Below, piece after piece: positions 58,688 through 64,000 of a stretch of DNA of 64,000 nt (position 1 is the stretch's first letter; the number at the start of each line of letters is the position of its first letter). Source of the DNA: an uncultured bacterium (GTDB lineage: Bacteria; Babelota; Babeliae; Babelales; Vermiphilaceae); the NCBI GenBank assembly GCA_963702025.1, contig OY969699.1:576001-640000 (forward strand), in the 5' to 3' direction. Under the pieces are notes generated by a model. It was not told the origin of the DNA. It saw only the letters and a list, made by a program, of their open reading frames with translations, and did no database searches. The translations under genes and the position numbers were made by a program.

Positions 58688-60007
58688 CTACTTTTTTGCG
58701 CAAACAATGGATTCATCAAGCTTTTTGCTGCATTTCTTTTCTTTGATGATAGCCACTGCCTGATCATAGGCTCGCGTAATATGTTTATGATATTCTTCTT
58801 GATTATAAGTTGCCTGGATGGGTTGATAATCAAGCGCCTGTTTTTGCAAAGATGCAAGATTGTTTAACCCGATGAAGGGGAATTGATAGGCTTCCGGACA
58901 TAAAAAATTATTTTTTATGATCATTGAATTGCGCTGGGCGTCAATAGTAACAACAAAGGGTGTTTTTGGATCACTGTGTGCCAACGAGTTAACCGAACTT
59001 AAAATATAAGGTAGAAAGCCGACAATTGGCAGCGGATATAAAGGGAAGGTTGCGCGATAATGGCGCGGCGTCCAACCAAAAAACCAGAGTTCCATGTGTC
59101 CGGGTGACACATTTCTGATTAACCGGGAACATCGCTTTCCGTCATAAAGCAAAGGTTCTTGATTATTGGCCACGCACACTGTTGTGCATTTCTCGCCTCG
59201 TTTTCGTATTACCCGTATTTCCACTTGTGTTAATTTATCGGGCAATTTCTCAAATCCACAGTGAGGTTTGAAGATTTGTTCCGAGAAAAATTCGCCACAG
59301 GAGAAAAAGTCCAATTTTTGTACGCGGTCGCCGCGAGAAAAAATATTATATACTTTTTCAAAGAGAGGATCATCGATAAGGTAATCGGTATCAAATTGGA
59401 TTGGCGTACCGATTAGAATTGCTTCATTAATCGTAAATTGTGGATTGAGCTGTTCATTTCGTTTTGCCATTGCCATTTTAAGAACAATTGTGCCGCCATG
59501 ACTATACCCTATAAGGCGCACTTTGGGATTTATCCCAAGGCTTCTGAGGCGTAACACTTCTTTTTCGATATCAAGCAAGCATTGTTTGGCGTCACAATAT
59601 CGCTCAGATCTACTAAGTAATCCCGACCAGCCATAGGTATAATACAAATTTTGTGTTGCCTGAGTGTCTTTTAGTTGATTTATTTGTTCATAAACGTTTG
59701 CCATGAGGCTGGCAGAAGCACCAGGTTTTTGTAAAGGATTGAGTTGAATAGGAATGAGACCGCGGCCTTGCATAGTTTGATTTTGATAAAAGAAAGGATC
59801 ATCGCGCATGCCTAAGACTGTTTCAGCATAGATTGATTCTTTTACGTTGTCAGTTAAAAATCTTATAAAATTGGTAACGGTAATATGAGGTTTTATACTG
59901 ATAATGCCATGAATATAGACATTCATCCATACTTGTGTGGCTTGCGTAGAAAAAGGCAGAGCTGCAAAGATGAAAAATATGGATAATCGAATTCGTGATG
60001 TTTTCAC
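58688..60007 (-). CDS. secreted alpha/beta-hydrolase-like protein
   Basis: YIHG, YGWSG, GYSHGG nucleophile elbow, LIGTP, D(R)VQ, PGH. Confidence 0.72.
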   Translation of the reverse strand: MKTSRIRLSIFFIFAALPFSTQATQVWMNVYIHGIISIKPHITVTNFIRFLTDNVKESIYAETVLGMRDDPFFYQNQTMQGRGLIPIQLNPLQKPGASASLMANVYEQINQLKDTQATQNLYYTYGWSGLLSRSERYCDAKQCLLDIEKEVLRLRSLGINPKVRLIGYSHGGTIVLKMAMAKRNEQLNPQFTINEAILIGTPIQFDTDYLIDDPLFEKVYNIFSRGDRVQKLDFFSCGEFFSEQIFKPHCGFEKLPDKLTQVEIRVIRKRGEKCTTVCVANNQEPLLYDGKRCSRLIRNVSPGHMELWFFGWTPRHYRATFPLYPLPIVGFLPYILSSVNSLAHSDPKTPFVVTIDAQRNSMIIKNNFLCPEAYQFPFIGLNNLASLQKQALDYQPIQATYNQEEYHKHITRAYDQAVAIIKEKKCSKKLDESIVCAKK

Positions 60008-60260
60008 GATACAGCCCTTTATCTTAGCCCTTTAACGTACTTTTCTAGTATACCATGCTCTTTATAAATGAGATGGTACATTTATTTTCCTTCTTAAATT
60101 CTAGCATATTTGTATATAAATTTCAAACTGAAAAATATTATTATATTAAAAACCTTGTATTTTAAATAAGAATTGCATGTATAGTATTGTTTTTGTGTAT
60201 TCCGAAATTATTTACATTCGGCCCCCTTGCAAGGCTATTCTGATAAAAAAGGAGATTTAT

Positions 60261-60935
60261 ATGATGTTTTTTTCGCGGGTGCGACGGTTTTTGATTCTAT
60301 TTTTTCATCTTTTTCATACTACGTTACAGATGCTCTATGGTGGATGGCGTATTTCTAAGCTTAAAGGGCATATTATTACTATTTTTGGCAGCTCTCGCTT
60401 AAAGCTTGATACTCCTTATGCAAAAAAAGCGCATGAGATCAGCACTAAATTTATACAGATGGGTGTTAGCGTATTAACCGGCGGCGGTACAGGAATTATG
60501 CAAGCAGCCGGGTGTGATCTTCCCCAAGGAAAGAATGCAGGCAAAAGTATTGGTATCGGGGTAAAAGGGCTTGAAGATAAACCCGAATGTATGCAAGAAT
60601 TCTTTGAACTGGATTATTTTTTTTCAAGAAAATGGTTGCTTACCGAGTTTTCTACAGGATTTGTTATATTTCCTGGGGGATTTGGGACACTTGATGAAAT
60701 GGCTGGGGTTTTAACACTAATTCAAACAAAAAAATTAAAACGGGTGCCGGTGGTGCTTATCGGCAAAGAATTTTGGGCTCCGTTGGTTGAATGGATAACC
60801 AAAGAAGCATTGGGGCATGGCACAATAGTAGCAGATGAACTGGAATTTTTTTATGTCACCGACGATCTTGATGAAGCTATTTGTTGGGTGTTGGGAAAAT
60901 GTGATTTATTGCCCCGGAATAAATCCGCTTATTAG
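60261..60935 (+). CDS. LOG family (TIGR00730) nucleotide phosphoribohydrolase
   Basis: GGAG RBS; TIFGSSR, TGGGTGIM, RK, PGGFGTLDE. Confidence 0.92.
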   Translation: MMFFSRVRRFLILFFHLFHTTLQMLYGGWRISKLKGHIITIFGSSRLKLDTPYAKKAHEISTKFIQMGVSVLTGGGTGIMQAAGCDLPQGKNAGKSIGIGVKGLEDKPECMQEFFELDYFFSRKWLLTEFSTGFVIFPGGFGTLDEMAGVLTLIQTKKLKRVPVVLIGKEFWAPLVEWITKEALGHGTIVADELEFFYVTDDLDEAICWVLGKCDLLPRNKSAY

Positions 60936-62329
60936 ACATTTCCGCAGTGTGCGGACTTTGAGGGTTTAAATACAACGAATTTTTTGAATGCCGTTTCGGC
61001 TATGCCACCAATATAAAAACCAATGCCCGAAAGTGCAAATGAAGCAATTTGCCCCGAAACAGGAAGCGATATGGTGTGAACGAGAATAAAGCCAGTAAGT
61101 CCCAGTAAAATAGCCCCGATTGCCGATCCTTTTTTTAAATCTGTCTGGAAATAGCTCATGAGTAACGGAACAATCAGGCAACTATCGTATAACTCGTAGC
61201 TATACAGTAAGACTTGCATAGCATTGGATGTTGTGCAATAACTGCCAAATGTTGCTACTAATCCCACAAAAACAAGCATGATTTTATCGATGGTTGAATT
61301 ATTTTTGAACAGACTATAACTTAACCCAAGCTCTTGGGTGATGCTCAAGCTAACCGACCATAAATAATAATCGATCATGGCAATTAAGGCTGCCGCCATC
61401 CCCAGTACTGCCAAAAATACCACCAGTTCATTGGTAAGTATTCGTAGCACAGGAATTAGCGGACTAATTGAATCGGGAACCGCCAAGTTAAGGGCTTTTG
61501 CTTTAATGCCAAAATAGATGGGCACCAGTGAAAAAATGAGCATAAAAGCGCTCGCGCCTGCGGCACACGCAGCGGCGGTATATCGATTAGAAACATTAAA
61601 TAAGGGACGAGCAAATTCTTGGTCGGTTAAATAATAGAGTGCTGGCATTACCAAGAGATTAAAAACAGTTGAGAAAGAAAGATCGGTTTTGGGAAAAGCA
61701 AAGGGATTATTTAACAATTGGGTAAAAAAAGAGGGAGGCTCCTTGAAAAGACAAAATCCAAAAATGCCACCAAAGACAATAACAGTGTAAACAAGTTGGA
61801 CGCTATAGGTTATACCGGCTGTGCGTAGACCGCCCAGTACGGCGTACAAAATAGCGCATATACTCAGAAACACAAAGAAAATTTCATTGGTAATCCCTAA
61901 GGCATGAATTAGGGACTTGCCGGCTATAATTTGACCCAACAATAAACCCCACGTGGTCAAAATTGATAGCAGCGAGGCGCATACGCGAATTAATGGGGAT
62001 TTATAGCGTATTTCAAATAAATCAATGGTACTTTCAACGTTCATGGCTTTTATTTTTTTTGCAAAACCCAATCCGAGTAAAATAAAGCCGATGCTAATGC
62101 CCACAACGTATAAAAGGCCATATATTCCTGTTGTATAAGCCTCTTCACAAGTGCCAAGCATCATGCTGCCACCTAATTCCAACGCAATAAGTGCAAACAC
62201 TATACTGGCAAACGTAAAACTTTTTTTAACGAAGACAGCAGCGGATGCTTTTTTGCGCAAAAAGCTGTTAACGCCATTTGCTACCACCCATGCAACAACA
62301 AGCGATGAAACATACAAGGGCATGCTCAT
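60932..62329 (-). CDS. sodium:solute symporter family protein
   Basis: ELGGSMMLG, FEIRYKS, YAVLGGLR; about 13 TM segments. Confidence 0.8.
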   Translation of the reverse strand: MSMPLYVSSLVVAWVVANGVNSFLRKKASAAVFVKKSFTFASIVFALIALELGGSMMLGTCEEAYTTGIYGLLYVVGISIGFILLGLGFAKKIKAMNVESTIDLFEIRYKSPLIRVCASLLSILTTWGLLLGQIIAGKSLIHALGITNEIFFVFLSICAILYAVLGGLRTAGITYSVQLVYTVIVFGGIFGFCLFKEPPSFFTQLLNNPFAFPKTDLSFSTVFNLLVMPALYYLTDQEFARPLFNVSNRYTAAACAAGASAFMLIFSLVPIYFGIKAKALNLAVPDSISPLIPVLRILTNELVVFLAVLGMAAALIAMIDYYLWSVSLSITQELGLSYSLFKNNSTIDKIMLVFVGLVATFGSYCTTSNAMQVLLYSYELYDSCLIVPLLMSYFQTDLKKGSAIGAILLGLTGFILVHTISLPVSGQIASFALSGIGFYIGGIAETAFKKFVVFKPSKSAHCGNV

Positions 62330-62448
62330 ACTTTTATCCTTCGCAATTTAAACACAATGGTACTGAGCATCGTATACAAGCTGGGGGGCTGTTTTGCAAG
62401 CATATTATAATTAAAACGCCTTTTAAGGATTTTAAAACTGTTTCCATT

Positions 62449-62585
62449 CTACTTCGCAAGGAAACCACAGTTTTTAAACTGTGGATGAATTGCAAGTAGC
62501 CCTTCGAAGCTTTAGCGAAGTAGGGTTTTTTGCTTCGAAGAATTTCAGCGCGATACAACGGCTTTTAAGCCGTTGTGCGCTTCAT
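62449..62585. mobile_element. IS200/IS605-end-like non-autonomous palindromic element with nested family B unit
   Basis: Hairpins ccacagtttttaaactgtgg (62465..62484) and acaacggcttttaagccgttgt (62555..62576). Confidence 0.5.
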
Positions 62586-62686
62586 TTAATTGTATTGAGT
62601 GATAATCAAAGTAATAAAATATAAATATAAATCAAGATAAATATTATAATTGCGAAATACAAAACTGCTTGAATATTTATTGATTT

Positions 62687-62770
62687 ACACATGGTGAGTA
62701 GCCCGAAGGGCATATCGAACCATTTCAGTATCCTTCGATACGAAATCTCCGATTTCTACTCAGGATGTGT
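62687..62770. repeat. palindromic repeat family A (copy 6), overlapping the HAD gene stop
   Basis: Near copy of 37416..37503. Confidence 0.88.
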
Positions 62771-63448
62771 GGCATTAGTTTCATAACTATAAAGAAGTTC
62801 ATCAAGAATTATCTCATGATAACCATTCACCTTGATATCCGCTTTTTGTATTTGCTCGGGCTTTCCACCACTATTGATGCCAATACAAAGCATGCCCGCC
62901 GATTGAGCGGCAAGAATGCCATGCGCCGAATCTTCAATAGCGATGCATTCCTTTGGGTCAACTTGAAGCTGTTTTGCAGCATATAAATAGATTGCTGGAT
63001 TTGGTTTTCCTATATTGTTTACGTGATTGATCGTATACACATGATGTTCAAAGTAATGGGTGAGGTTAAGATTTTTGTCAGTAACGATAACTGTTTGCAG
63101 GTTGGCATTGGTGGCGACTCCCATTTTGAGGGGAATGGCGCGTGCCTTTGCATGAAATTCGGTAAAGCCATCAATAAAACGAATGCCCCTTTCATAGAGC
63201 TGGCACGCTAGTGCCGTTTTTTCTTTCATCAATATTTCTATGCTGTCATCTGTTTGAATTAAATCTTTAATAATTTGGCAGCTTTTTAAAGTATCCAGGC
63301 CAGCCAATTGCTGATCGAGGTAGGCTTCATCTTCCAGAGTTAGTTGATAGCCCCTATTAATAATGATTTGTTTGCGTGCTTGGTGCCAGACATGGTTGGT
63401 ATCAATAATAGTGCCATCCATATCAAAAATTATAGCCTTGTATTTCAT
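62756..63448 (-). CDS. HAD-superfamily phosphatase (beta-PGM/CbbY-like)
   Basis: FDMDGT, VATN, KPNPAIY, IEDSAHG. Confidence 0.93.
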   Translation of the reverse strand: MKYKAIIFDMDGTIIDTNHVWHQARKQIIINRGYQLTLEDEAYLDQQLAGLDTLKSCQIIKDLIQTDDSIEILMKEKTALACQLYERGIRFIDGFTEFHAKARAIPLKMGVATNANLQTVIVTDKNLNLTHYFEHHVYTINHVNNIGKPNPAIYLYAAKQLQVDPKECIAIEDSAHGILAAQSAGMLCIGINSGGKPEQIQKADIKVNGYHEIILDELLYSYETNATHPE

Positions 63449-63575
63449 AAATTCCCTTTTGACTCCCTCTAACTTTGGTTGCGAAATCCATTATTATGAG
63501 TAACCTTATACCATGAGATTACTCTCACAATTCAGAAAATAACAGATTTATTCATTAATTTTCACGGTGGTTACG

Positions 63576-64000
63576 ATGACCAAAAAGAATTTATTACGTC
63601 CAATGCATAATGCAATTCTTTTTAACCTTATTATAAAAATATGTGCTTTTGCAAAAGTCAGCTTTATTGTGGGCTCCCAGTTTGCATTCTTTTCATTGGC
63701 GCAGACAATCACTCCCCTTGCGGGTGCCTTTGCCGGTATTGCTGGCTGTTTTGCTTTTTTTGGGGCTAAAGTAGCGATTACTTTGATGCTTTCATCACAG
63801 ATTCCTTTTCATTTTCTTGCCTATCATATACCCGGTCTTTTTGCATCTTTATATTGGGCAACTTCTTCACGATGGCTTAAGGCAAGCATTCCCTTGATTT
63901 GTATGGCATTGTTTCTTGTCCATCCTACCGGAAGTGGTGCTGCATTGTATTGTCTATTTTGGCTGATCCCCGTTGTGGCGACCTCTTTTATGAAAGAAAA
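63576..64000 (+). CDS. integral membrane protein, possibly ECF S-component-like (partial)
   Basis: Open to the window edge: MTKKNLL..KVSFIVGSQFAFFSL..PLAGAFAG..HIPGLFASLYW..FLVHPTG..FWLIP. Confidence 0.7.
   Translation, partial: MTKKNLLRPMHNAILFNLIIKICAFAKVSFIVGSQFAFFSLAQTITPLAGAFAGIAGCFAFFGAKVAITLMLSSQIPFHFLAYHIPGLFASLYWATSSRWLKASIPLICMALFLVHPTGSGAALYCLFWLIPVVATSFMKE

Noticed and set aside
62330..62600. Riboswitch upstream of the sodium:solute symporter
   Set aside because: No recognisable aptamer consensus; the hairpins are better explained as mobile-element ends.

Overview
A 64-kb bacterial chromosome segment that looks like an obligate intracellular symbiont or parasite of protists. The gene mix is most consistent with Candidatus Babeliae/Dependentiae (TM6); this is inferred from gene content, not from a search. 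Housekeeping genes (rpoD, dnaG, lgt, mnmG, mraY, tgt, murB, trhO, pheT, lspA, comF, sbcD, glmU, mreB, rsmA, tRNA-Ser(CGA)) are interleaved with about 30 orphan or eukaryote-like secreted proteins. Main observations: (1) about 20 secreted proteins have a signal peptide followed immediately by Met, mostly A/S-M-E/D, a candidate effector-sorting or host N-terminus mimicry signal. (2) An ankyrin protein carries an F-box-like motif and a C-terminal CaaX box, and a second protein joins a beta-propeller to a C3HC4 RING; both are candidate host-ubiquitin hijackers. (3) Two unannotated, very basic protamine-like peptides flank a conserved small gene. (4) Several families of short palindromic mobile repeats nest inside one another and supply gene stop codons. 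(5) An alternating array of secreted paralogs has conserved ends and divergent cores. (6) A Chlamydia-type queuine-salvage TGT lies near a YhhQ transporter, and there is an archaeal-type bifunctional FBP aldolase/phosphatase. No transposase, CRISPR array or rRNA was seen. All calls come from manual reading; no database searches were run.
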